From Yuukianura sp. NJ FZ-2021 (Eukaryota), in NCBI GenBank assembly GCA_046563655.1, contig CM102284.1, positions 4,464,001 through 4,528,000 of the forward strand: DNA of 64,000 nucleotides, in the 5' to 3' direction. This document shows, piece after piece, positions 15,040 through 26,900 of the stretch. A model generated the notes under the pieces. That model made no database searches. It saw nothing but the letters and a program-made list of their open reading frames with translations, and was not told where the DNA came from. A program made the translations under genes and the position numbers. The first letter of the stretch is position 1. The number at the start of each line of letters is the position of its first letter.

Positions 15040-16984
15040 GCTTCAGTGCTTCATTTTCTAAAGCCTGCCTGTGCCTAGATCACTAACTTTCTCCAAGTTC
15101 TTTACTTTCTCCTCCAGGAAAGCTTCTTAAGAGTCCTATTCATAGTCAAGCCACGCAGCTATAGGCCACTCTACCTTCCAAGAACTCCTGGACTCCCAAT
15201 CAATCCTAATCTGATTCCAAGTCCTTCATGTGCTCATTCAATTTGAGCCTTGGTAAAGTGACACTCACCTTTCTTCTACAAAATTGGATCATCTGACAAC
15301 TTTCTAGAAGGCGACTGAACTGAAAATCTTTTCGGCAAGTCGAGCTAAGCCCGAGCAAGCATCGGCTTATCGACAAGGTGAGTCGTGAAGTAGCGATCAA
15401 CACTAAGGTTAAGATTGTAAAAAAAAAAGAAATGCATTGTACTTACCTTCATTGTCCTTGTAGATTGGAGATGGCGGAGGAGAGTAGCCAGTGTCATCAG
15501 CTACTGTTTCGATGACTCCGGCAGTATCAGTCTCATCTTGGTTGGAATTGGAGCTGAAGGTGTAGTCTTTGATTCCTTTTTGATTTGGCAGGAAAAGGAA
15601 ATATGCAATTGCTTGAATGAATTGTGCAATGAAACCACGGTTTTCGACAAAAGTGTCACTGGATGATGATGATGACGAGGAACTGCGTGTACTTGACTGG
15701 CTACTGCTGCTGCCAAGGGAGTTACTGCTGGTAAGACGACGGTGATTGTCCAGGTTATTTGCAGTGACATCCGTGAGAACAGCGACAGTGTGTCGCCTGT
15801 GAGGACCTACTTCAATCGGTGTGAACGTGAGGTGAGAAGTCAAGTCTGACTTACGTCTTTTTGCGGCAGTGTCATAGGGTGACCGCGAACAACAATCTTC
15901 TTCATTGCTTAAAAATGTAGATAAGTTGTGCTTTGATCTTGGGGTCATAACGTGTCGATTTTAAAATGGCAGTAGATACTTGAATCTTGGGCAGCAGCGT
16001 CTTGGATGTTGTTGTCAGTCGGGCGAAAGCCTGTGGAATGAGTTCAGCCATCCAACTTTCTCGCTTCAAAGAGAGAAAGTTTAGTCCAAGTCCTCTCCAG
16101 CTGATTCTGTGCAACAGAAGCCGACCGACCTGCCATTCCCAGCGAATGGGTGAGCGCTTGGATTGGACAGAGAAAGTATTTCATGTCAGAATTTCAACAA
16201 ATACAAATTCCAGTTGGGAGTTCGCATCCTGACATCAGCAGAAGGAACATGGTCATTCCAGCATCAGAGCCAAGACAAGACGAAAACCAGCATTTCTTGA
16301 AACGTTTCTTGAATTCAGGATAATTGTTCTCAGTTTTCCGGCAACAATCGTTGCAGACGATGAAGATGAAGAAGAAGACGAGCTTAGGTTCTGTTGAATC
16401 GATTTCACCTTCATTCCCCGTGGAAGAGAAAGTTATGCTTTGGTAGCACGAAGTGACGTGAACAAGGTTATCTCTAAGGAGAAAGAATGAAAAATACGTA
16501 TTAATAATTACACATAACGAAATTATTCAAATCCATCCATTTGCACGTACATTGTCAATCATTTTCATTAGTTTCGAAATAGAAAATAAGCGGATGGTGG
16601 ATTCATTGCTGATGTAAACTAGGTAACTGATTTCATTCATTATCACCAATGAACTAAAAAAAAACCACGTTTACGATACCTGACGAGTGCTGCTGCTGAG
16701 TATATTTTAAGTGGGTAAAGGCAGCCGGGGTGATACAACGACAAGGTCACTGGCGTAACTTTGGATCTGTGAGGTGAAGAGCTTCGTTTTAGCCAGAGAG
16801 AGAACGAGAACCGATATCTGTAGAGGAGGCATTCGACGATACGATCCAATTGATGTAACTAGCAATGAATTAAACAAATATGAACGTGAATAACAATATG
16901 AATAACAGGAGAGCACGTCCAATAGTAGGACAGTTTCACAAGGTTAGCAGGTCAAATCCAAAAAGTGAGCAGGAAACTTACCAT
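15040..16984 (-). pseudogene. Spliced but frame-disrupted locus of unknown family (decaying pseudogene or uORF-laden transcript)
   Basis: Splice signals on the - strand: ATG|gtaagt at 16984-16982, ctag acceptor at ~16860, cag|gtatcg at ~16680, ccttag acceptor at ~16474, GAAG|gtaagt at 15447. The Ser-rich ORF 15948-15447 (MTPRSK...SPPPSPIYKDNE) is preceded by an in-frame TAA. Downstream segments are protein-like but carry stops or frameshifts (QSPSRKLSDDPIL*, FLEEKVKNLEK / QALENEALKR). Confidence 0.35.
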
Positions 16985-17331
16985 TTTATATTGAAGGCTG
17001 AAATTGCTCTACCACATTCTAACACAAACATTGAACGATGAACGATGATCAAATACTTGCTGTAATGGCGGAACTAAGTAAGCCAACATTAACTAGTTCG
17101 TTAAACTTGGCCTTTAACTTTAATTAAACTTTAGTCAAACCAATTAAAGCTCCCATCGTCCCCAGGCAGTGCCTCTTTCTCTTTACAACAATGCCTTTGT
17201 TTTGTTTTTGTATTTGAAAATTTCCGTTCCCGCCACTCATTGTTTTCATGAATGAGTTAGCGCAGGCGTACATCGCACAGTCACGTGTCTAGCTCTTGAA
17301 TGGCTGTAGTAAATTCCATAGTAAATTCTTT

Positions 17332-17402
17332 GGGGAAGCCCGGGGAAGCCCTTAGGAATGCGGAAGTCACACTTGACGTCACGAAAATAATTTTTGACGT
17401 CA
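17332..17402. promoter_or_regulatory. Clustered TF-site-like motifs between two divergent loci
   Basis: Tandem GGGGAAGCCC x2 (17332-17351, kappaB-like with one mismatch), ETS core CGGAAGT (17361-17367), and two perfect CRE/ATF palindromes TGACGTCA (17374-17381, 17395-17402). Confidence 0.5.
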
Positions 17403-18167
17403 CGGGAAGAGTCCACTTTTGAATATCTACCTTTCCCCTCTTGTTTACTCTAAATAGTTCAGATTGTTTGAAACGCCACTCACTATAATATTTAAAACAC
17501 CATTACACTAAATTACCTCTATTAATTTTATTTTTAAGTTTTAAGTATATTGTGAAGTTTTAAATAGAAGTAACTTTGACCTGCTACAGGCAGGTTGAGT
17601 ATACTGTATAAGTTACGCATTCATTATATTCTAAAACATTAAAATGGTTACTTTTAATTTGTTGTGTGTATTAGTAATGCGTTATTCAATAGCTAACTAA
17701 AAATTCAGAATCTTGCAAAATACACAAGATTTTTCAACGGATCATCTTGGAAGAATTCACGCGTTTGGGTTATTAATCCCTGGCAAAATCACAAGTTAAG
17801 TTGAAGTTAAAGTTAAGCAAGGCTTAGTTAAACCGGAAAACAAACTGAAAGCTAGGAACCGGTTGGAGAAAAAGATTTCGGGAAACGAAAAAATCCGAAA
17901 AAAAAAACAACAACCATTTTTTCTCAGTTTCCAGTAACGACTATGCGTACACCAAACATCAAATACACAATTCTATAGAATTCGTTGTTTTCGGATTTCA
18001 TCACCTATCATCATCAGGTTTGCACATTAAATTTCTTTCTTTGTTGTTCTGAACTTGCCGCGTTGTTACCTCAATTATTGAAACTGTCATAAGTTAAGTA
18101 CTGGCACATCATAATTACAAACACAATTAGTTAAATCTCAGCGTGAGAAACTGCGTTAATTCAAAAA

Positions 18168-19771
18168 ATGCCGCGTGGTTACGGTGGTTTCGACAAAGAC
18201 AATACTTTGGCCTATGCTGACTATGTTGAATCTGATGACGAAAGGAAACTTCGGAAAGAAAGGGAAGCGGAGTACAAGCGACAAACCGAGCGGGGGAAAT
18301 CGGTAGTTCGTAGAGAGCAGTTGGCCCAAATTGTACGTAAGAGACAATTGGCGGTCAAGAAAGAAGAGGAACAAGTCACAGAAGATGACATCGAGTACAT
18401 CCATGGTGGTGCACAATTCGATCTGCTACAACGACGAAAGGTTAGGAAGTTATTAGACTGAACTGGTCAAATCATCTTCAAGATTCACATTAACTTTTGT
18501 TAGTGCTGCGACGAACGATTTGTTGACGAAGCGCTGGAAGACGGCAGAGGGCAACTTACTTTCATCATCAAAGCACTTTTTCCAATCATGATTGGATATG
18601 GTGGAAGTACAGTCTATGGCATCTTCATGATTTACAAGTAAAACAAGCAAAATGCAAACTTTCAAATAAGTACAAAAGATGAATCTAATGTATTCAAAAA
18701 TTTTAGTCGCAGACTCCGAGCCTATTTTTATATGGACTCACCAACGTACGCCTTAATCTCAGTGTAAGTTTTAGTTTCAATTCTTATAGATTCAGGCAAA
18801 ACTGTACTGAAAACAACACTGGAGATATTGATTCATTAATTAAAATTAATGAATTAAGTTAAGAATTTAATTAGATTGTAATTTGTTAAATTGCAATTAT
18901 TAGTTGTCAATTTTGGTTCAGGGGATGCTGGATTGGATTAAATCTGTTCGGTCGACTCATCCGTCATTTCGTCATCATGTTTCCTATTGTGATTTTGCGC
19001 GTAAGAATTTTGAAAATTTTGAATTTTGAAAAAAAAAACGTCTCAAAAGTTTGAATTTCCAGGCCTTGGCAATTGCCAATTTGCTCGCCGCGAGTCAATT
19101 GTACTCCGAGTACTTTGTTTGGGAAATTGTTTTCCGTGACCCCACTGTCGTAAAGGCAGAAACCGTTGTTCAACTGGAAGAGCGTCTGCGCAATGCCCAT
19201 CCATTTCCAGAATCATGGCTTGACCTTTCAAACGACACGACCAAAAACGATTTAGAGCGTCGAACAGAATTTACAATGGCTTTCTTTGGAGCTCTTCTTG
19301 GATTTTCACTTTTCCTTCCACTTTTTTGTGTCATTATTGGACTTCTCATTTGCTCCCCGAGAACAAATGTAATTTAAAAGCACTTCCAACCAGTGTTTTA
19401 AGAAATGTGACTGTGACCTTTGACCTTTCAGTTGACCCCACACCAAGTGACAGGTCGCTGGATGACAAGGACGGCTGCGATTGCTGCTATAGTTCCTCCT
19501 GTCGTAATGTTCTTTGTCAACGACAATCTCCACTTTCTCCCTGGACCAAAATCGTACAATTTCGTTCAAACTTATCCCATTGGTCTTCTGTCAATTATCT
19601 TCGCAGTGGTAATATTTTTTTAAACAAAATTAAATTTTTGATATAAAAGGTTGAATAGAAATTGCTTTTCAGTTGTCTTCTGCAGTATGGGGAAGACTTT
19701 TTGCTGGGAAAACATGTTTCAACGTCCACAAAGATGACTACTTGTATATGGGATTCATGTTCACCATTTAG
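18168..19771 (+). CDS. Multi-pass membrane protein, divergent TMBIM/Bax-inhibitor-1 (Lifeguard-like) family, 374 aa, 7 exons
   Basis: Exons 18168-18440, 18504-18637, 18707-18763, 18922-19000, 19063-19368, 19432-19608, 19673-19771; all introns are GT-AG and phase-consistent. A charged N-terminus is followed by hydrophobic helices. Landmarks FIIKALFPI, IRHF and GRLFAGKTCFNVHKDDY align by eye with Lifeguard FIRKVY, RRHFP and TQLLMGNRRHSLSPEEY. AATAAA at 19826. The gene model is strong; the family call is moderate. Confidence 0.75.
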
Positions 19772-20133
19772 TTTCACTCATACTACGGTTTACTTATATT
19801 ACAAATATCATACACAACTAAACTAAATAAACTTAATTGAAATAATTAATCAACATAACAAAAAAAAAATGCTTTTTCTCTTTTACTAAAGTTAAGCGCC
19901 ACTTGATTTTTTCTCTCGTAAATTTTAGTCACATTAATTGATTTGCATAGTTTCAATTTTTATTTAAATTAAACGGCAAAGCACTTCATCAAACAAATTG
20001 AAACAAATTTTACAGCAGCAAATGTTAATACCTACATTTTCGAAAAAAAAAAACTGAATTTCAGAATATAATCCTAAATGTTTTGAAATTTTGTCATCTG
20101 CCGAATTATGTCCATTTCAACCAGCGTCATTTT

Positions 20134-20150
20134 CTACATATCCGTTGTTC
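20134..20150 (-). CDS. Alternative terminal exon of the same gene (GTTDM*), short isoform ~752 aa
   Basis: Acceptor atattttcag| followed by GA ACA ACG GAT ATG TAG is phase-1 compatible with the donor at 23892. AATAAA on the - strand at ~19959-19964. Confidence 0.6.
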
Positions 20151-20955
20151 CTGAAAATATGAACTAAAATTAGCTAAATTTTAATTCCAAACTTAGCAAA
20201 ATTGGAAAAAAATTTCAAAAAATGTCAATTCAAGCAAACCGAGCAACAAAAAGCTGAAAAACTTCAACTTGAATGAAGCAAACTGCACCGTTCCGAAAAC
20301 CATGAAAATTTTGTAGTTAAAAGCTTCAAAGATCAAAATTTTGAAGAAAAGAAAACCAGGAAGAAATGTGAAAGTGAAGTCGTAGAGAAGAAAGTGAAAG
20401 TAAAAGCAAAAGAAAGTCGTCTCATCTCATTGTTTCTGTCAACCGGTCAACATCATCGTGTATTCTACTTTTTTTAAATGAATTTTTAAAATGTTAAAAA
20501 AGGTCTAAAATGTGTTGTTTTCCTGGCGAAGTTTACTTCATTCTTGGTTCAAAAAATGTAACAAAAAAATGTAAAAGAAAGTGGAGAAGCGTACGAAACA
20601 AAAATTGAGCAAAAAGAGCTTCGGACATTGAAAATAAAAAATCAACGGGGCACAAAACACTGAGAATGAACAAACTTAAAAAACAAAAAGATTTTTTTTG
20701 AAACTGAAAAAATGTAACGGAACAACTTTCAAAAAAAAGTATAACGAGAGATGAGATGTACCTGGGGACTGGGGACATTGTGTTCACTGGCTGCCAGTTG
20801 AATAAGATGAGATGGACTTTGGCATTGAGAAAGCTAAGAGGTCAAAGGTCAAAGTGAAAATTTAAGGATCAAGGGAAAATAATAAGGAATTGGAAAAAAT
20901 TTTTAAGAATTTTTTGAATTTTAAAATTTTAAACTAATTTAATTTTTTAGAAAAG

Positions 20956-23900
20956 TTATGCTTGTTGGACAATTGATTTTCCTTTGCATTTCTTGTTCCC
21001 TTTCTTGCGAACTTTTTCTTCTAGGGTATCTGATATGACCTTGGCAGTGTCAATTTCTTTTGTTAATTTTTGTTTACATTGGCAGTGTTCAGTTTTGTGT
21101 GCTGGGCATTCCGGCGAGGTCGTCTCAGAAGCTGACATTTGACCTTGGTCGAAGTCTCCATCAGTGAGGTCAAACACATCGTAGAACTCTTCCCCAAATT
21201 CATCGTGTAGCATTTTGAATATTTTTGAGGGGAAAACAGAGTTTTTCGAATTTCGGCGCTCCGAACAGTTTTCGGTGCTTGCTCTCCTTTGACGGGACTG
21301 CAATTGTTGGATTATGTCGACTAGAAGACTTTGTTCTCGGTTCATCGGTGATAAAAGTCCAGAAGATCCAGAAAGTGATCCACTGCTATCCACGGACAAT
21401 CCGGAGTCTGATCCCGGAAGGAGATTAGGTTTTGCTGGTTTCAGAAACGTTTTTGATTGGCTGGGAGTTACTGGCGCGCTGTCGTCAGTTTGAGTCATGT
21501 GCAATCTAGCAGCAGCAGCTTCTTCTTCATCTTCACGGTCACATTCTTCTTGAAGCAATTGAAACAGTCTTGAGTGCGTTTTGGCCCGTTCGTAACTTAG
21601 AGCTCGACGCTGCTGCTCCAACGTTAAGGCGTCAGAGGTTGGTGGAGTCCTTGTGTTAGTCGGCCGGCTTGTCTGACTTTGGACAGATCCGTCGTCATTG
21701 TCAGTTTCAGCGTCTGACATTTGCCGAGACTGGTCAGTCATCACTCCAGAATCTTCTTCGGAGCCTAGACTTGTAAAACTTTGTTGCAAGAATCGTTCAA
21801 TTCTCCATAGAAGATTTTCCGTTTTCCCGGCGCGTCTTGATTGGCAATTACAAGAGTCTTCAATTTGGTCTTCAACTTCTTCGCTGTGTTTCAAGCAAGA
21901 CGAAGCTGAGCCGTTGCCATTTTGTAAAGCAGTTTCACGAACCGGGTCGGGTCGATTTGGTTTTGGTTCCAGAATTGGCGACAATTTAGAAGTTTTGTTA
22001 AACTTCAAAGTTACAGTTGCTGTGCTACTCTTTGATGACGACTCGTCGGACGTTTCATCCGAGGCTGAAAGCAAGGCAGAAGAATCCTCTGAAAGACGAA
22101 ATCCGTTTCCTGTGAAAATATTTTTAGTCTCTACGTTCCAATCAGTCTCAACATCCAAATCCAAGTCTTCTTCTTCTCCTTTTTTATTTTGTGGGAATGC
22201 TTTCTCAATACTAATTTCAGTTTCCGATTTTTCAGACTTTTCGTCAGGTCCCTCCGAGCCAACCTTCTCCGCGGCCACCGCTTCATCAACCTCCTGACTA
22301 AACTCTTGACTTAGTTGAAATTGCTCTAAAATTTTTAGCTTTGAATTTTTCTCAGTCGCTTCTGGCTTATCCCAAAAGTACAAGTCTTCCTCCTCATTCT
22401 GATTTATATTTGACAGTTCATCTTGACCTTTGACCTCTGATGGGCAAGGTGGCATAGCATCTGAACCAGTCGGGCCGATAATCTCACTCCAAAAATCAAC
22501 CCCATCACCATCAGCTTCTATCGCTTTTTCCGGACTAATAGTAGGTTCTGGATTGGTGCCTTCAACGTTGGCATCGGCGGATTCAAAACATTTCTCGTCA
22601 TCTGATTCGGTTTTTTCAGCCGAACTGGCATTCGCTTCTTCTTCGTCTTCTTCCGGAAGTGACGGCGGACGGACTTCGTGCGGCCCCACGAGAACGGTGG
22701 CAATGTCTCGATAGCTTCTTGATTTTGTAAAAGATCGGCGCAGGGGAAGACGAATCGTGAAAGTCTCGCATTCAGCGTCATCATCGCTCGAAGATGAAAG
22801 TGTCGTCGAGGAGCTATCTTCAATTGCAGTCGTAGTCAGATCTGCATCAGCATTTTCAATGACGCTGACGCTTGATTCGTCATCAAATGTATCTTCGTCA
22901 TCCGATTTGGCCGACATATAGTCACTCTCTTCCGTTTGCTCAATAGTATCATAAGAACTTCTGGACGAAATTCCACGTTCAGTTTCACTAACTTCGTCAA
23001 TTGTACTCAACCGGGCAAGGCAGTGACGTTGCTCAGATTCTGAATCTGAAGCACATTCTTCAAGAAAATAGCTTTGCGCTTGCCCAGAGGTCACTCCGGG
23101 GTCATCGCTGGGGAAATCTGGTGGTTCTTCGACAATTCCATAAGTAGGCTGGGCTTTCGATTCTGTGGATTCTGCATCTTCTTGATCATCTTCATCTTCT
23201 GTTATACTTCCTAACCGAATGCTTGAAGATTTTCTTGCTGACAAGTCGCTTTCATTAAGATTTGCTGATTTACTTTTTGCTGAGATGTCTTTGTCGAGTT
23301 TTGAATCGGTAATCGCTGGAGATTCCGCCTCACTCTGACAATCGCTGGATTCGTTTTCGGTGTCGAAAACTCGTTGAAGTTTCTTGAACTTCTTGGAGGG
23401 AATGGACACGTTCGCTTGAAGTTCTCTTGTAGGCGTAGGGGCATGAGACTGACCTTGACCCTCCCACCCCATCGGTGGTGGAGTGTCGTAGCCCAAGGAA
23501 TGCCAGTAGTTGCCCCAGTACCAGTAGTAGTACCAGTAGGAATCCCAGTCCGTGTACCCATCATAACAACTTTCTGCGTGACTCGAATCGGACTGTTCTT
23601 GGTCAGAGTTGACCTCGGATTGACCTTGGTATGTAGGAGAGGTACAGTGGGAAACTGGAGAAGGGGAGGGACTACTATGGGAATTGGTTATTCCAGCAGG
23701 AGTGGACGACCTTTCCAAAGCTGCAGTAAAGGAAGGAGAAAGTTCCAAATAGACATTTTACAATATTATAGACATAGAGAAAGTTCAAAGTTAGAAGCTT
23801 TAAAAAGTTATCATGTTAAGCTTTGAAAATTAAAAAAAGAAACGTTGAAAAAACGTTATTTTCTTAAAAAAAAAAAGGCAAGCGCTCTCACCAGCTCCAG

Positions 23901-26900
23901 GATAATCGTAATCTGGATTCATGGCCTGCAGCATCCGAAATGACCTTGACGGGATATTTCCACCAGTGAATCGTTGTTGCGGGATTTGCTGTTGGTGTTG
24001 CGCGTGACCTTGACCTCCCATTTCCACCGATCCCGGGTAGTACATGTTTTGAAACCCTGGTGTCGGAGACGGTGGAGCCATTTGTATTTGGATAGTGTGA
24101 GTAACTGGACCAGGCCTACCTGGATTCACTTCAGGGAAAAAACATTAAATTAGTTATTAATTATACAACTACTTTAATTAGCAGCGTCATATTGTAATTT
24201 TCAAATTTTCTTTAGTGTAACTGTTACAAAGTTGGAAATTGAAGTTAGAAAATACCAATTCGAGAATTCACATCTAAATGGAATCCAATAATAAATCTAT
24301 TCATGGTGAAAAGAGGTGGATTTTTGACTGGCGGGAAAATCATAAACGAGAGGCAAAAATGAGAAAGTAAGAGAAAAGGGGGAAAACAAAACAGGGAAAG
24401 TTGTCAGCTGTCCAGCTGTAAGAAGAATCAATCAACAACAGTAGTGACTGTCAAGGCTTCCAATCATGTAAGTCATAATTAGCACTTAATTACACATATA
24501 ATTAGTTAACGTTGTATTATTTTTCATTAGTTGCTTTGTTTGTTTCATGTTAAGCTAACAAGTGGATGACAAACAAACAACCTTATAAGTTGTAGCGGAC
24601 GAGACAAACCGGAAACGATAAAAGATGGCGAATACCTTGCCATCGTTTGGAGACATTTCAACAATTGAGTGCTCAGAAGGTGCTTCACAACATGACAGTA
24701 TGTAAACCACATTCTAAGCACTTCGGTCTCTTGTGTGTAACTGAAAAACAACGATCTGCATTTCCGAATTCATTTGTGTTGAAGGATTTTTAGTTAATAT
24801 TACACAGGATTTTTAGTTAATATTACACACAATCAATAGAATTGATTGATACTTTTTATTTCCACGCAGGATGCTCGGAGGAAACACATGTTAGCGACAT
24901 GCCAAACACAGAATCCCAGTCCCTGTTGACTGACTCGGAGCCAATGACAATGGATTTGCAAGAAAACGGAAAACATCTTGGGGAAGAAGGAACAGCTGAA
25001 CAGGAAATCCCCGAAATCGGATCGGAGGATTTAGATCTGGAACTGACTGCTGACGAATCCGCTGAAATTGCAGATGACAGTGCAAGCGCTGAGGCAGAAG
25101 CAGAGATTTCGGCCGAAGACGATGAAACTGGAATCGGAGACGAACATGATGAAACGGCCGAACTGGAAAACGAAGCCACTAACGTCGAAACTGAAGGCCC
25201 AGAGACTGAAGCCTCTGAAGAGGACAAGTTGTTCCAGCTTCCAGTGTCCAGAATTAAAAGAATAATGCAAATAGATCCTGACACACAGTTAATCTCAAAG
25301 GAGGCACTCGCTGTAATGGCAATTAGCACGGTTAGTATTAAAAATCCAAATCCAGTTACTTTATTCACACTTAAGATCAAACTAATGAATTGCTTCTTTT
25401 AAACTTAGGAAAACTTCATAGCCATGCTTGCACAACAAAGTTCCAAGTTAGCTCTTCGTAGCAACAAGAAACGAATCACAATGGACCACTTCAAATCAAC
25501 TGTGATTTCATGTGCAGAATGTGATTTTCTGGAAGGAACTCTTCCAGAATACGAGATTTAAGGCTATTCCTACTACGTCCAGATCCAGAACTTCTCCAAA
25601 GTTTAACTTTGCTTACCCTGGAACTCCGATTTCGTGTCTGGACTTGGTGGTAAGTTATTTCGAAGTGCTTGAAAAGCTCTGGAGGGGATGTGAGTACCAC
25701 GAAAACGTGGTTCAGTTGTCTGATGCAACGAGGATTCGTCCACTAAAATTTAATTAGGCGATTAATTTTCTATTACCTCCCTTAACTTAAGATTCATTAC
25801 TTTTCTTACCTTTGTTTTTAACTGAATCCATTAATTGTTTATCTTCGCCCTTTAGTTCCAGTTTGTGCTGTTCCCTCTTTTGATCTTCTGAACACACAAA
25901 ATTGAAAATTAATTTGGCAACTTTGTTTTGAATTTTTTTTAGCAATTGATCTTACCGTCATCTGTAATCCTTTGCAGTACTTTAAATGATCTTGACTGTA
26001 CAGGGATCGTTCTGTAATTTTCTTCCAGTGATACCCTAAATTAACAAAATGACAATTACATGAAAAATATTACATTTTGTACTTTTTTAAGGGAAAGCCT
26101 TACTTGTCCATTCCTTCGTGCAGAGACGGCGTCATAGTTTCAGATCTAGTACCCATCGTAGGGCTAGTGTGACCCTGTTGACCTACGAACTGTCCCTTAG
26201 GGTTGCCGTATGAAATTTGTTGCTGCTTCGGAGTCGGTTTCTGCTGTGGGTAGCTTTGTTGGTTTCGTTCCGACTGTGAACTGTGTCCTTCAAACTAAAA
26301 TTCGTAAGTAAATTTTCATTTAGTTTAGTTATAAAAATAAGTTGAGGTAAAAAATGTTGAATTAAATATGTTTTACTTGAATAGGGATGATCCTGGCGCC
26401 TGTAGCAGGGGATTGAGCACTCTGACGATGCAGATCGTCATCTGTCAAGCCGCTTGGTTTCGATGAAGCTTGGAGTGGTACCGTTCTTCCATTTTGTGTC
26501 AACTGAATCCCAGTGTCTTCTGAAGATGCAGCCTCCTTTTTCAAATTAATCGGGATCGTTCTGGTACTAATTTGTGTACCCCAAGGTGTTCCTGGTTGTG
26601 GACTCGGCTTGTTTTGCGGAGAGGTAAGCCATGGAGTTGGAGCTTTGTTAAGTTGAGGAGTTAATGGTGATGATGTTTTGCTATTTATATTTTCAGTGCC
26701 TGTATCTCTGTCTGAATCGGACACGGGACTCGTTGCTGCTACTGCTGGGCTTCTAGACGAAACATTTGTGTTCATGTGAGGCAGTTGACCTTTGCTGTCT
26801 CCGGTTGAAGCTCCTAGACTTGCTTGTGCTGATGATGGTGGTGGTGGGATATAAATGGGCCCAATTTGTTGGCTCGCTGCCTGAGCCTTAGTCTTAGCCG

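Noticed and set aside
21225..23826. Plus-strand ORFs (e.g. 21698..22297, 23374..23826) opposite the 930-aa ORF
   Set aside because: These are antisense shadows of the acidic exon; the same applies to 24856..25380, 27238..27579 and the ORFs opposite the F-box gene.
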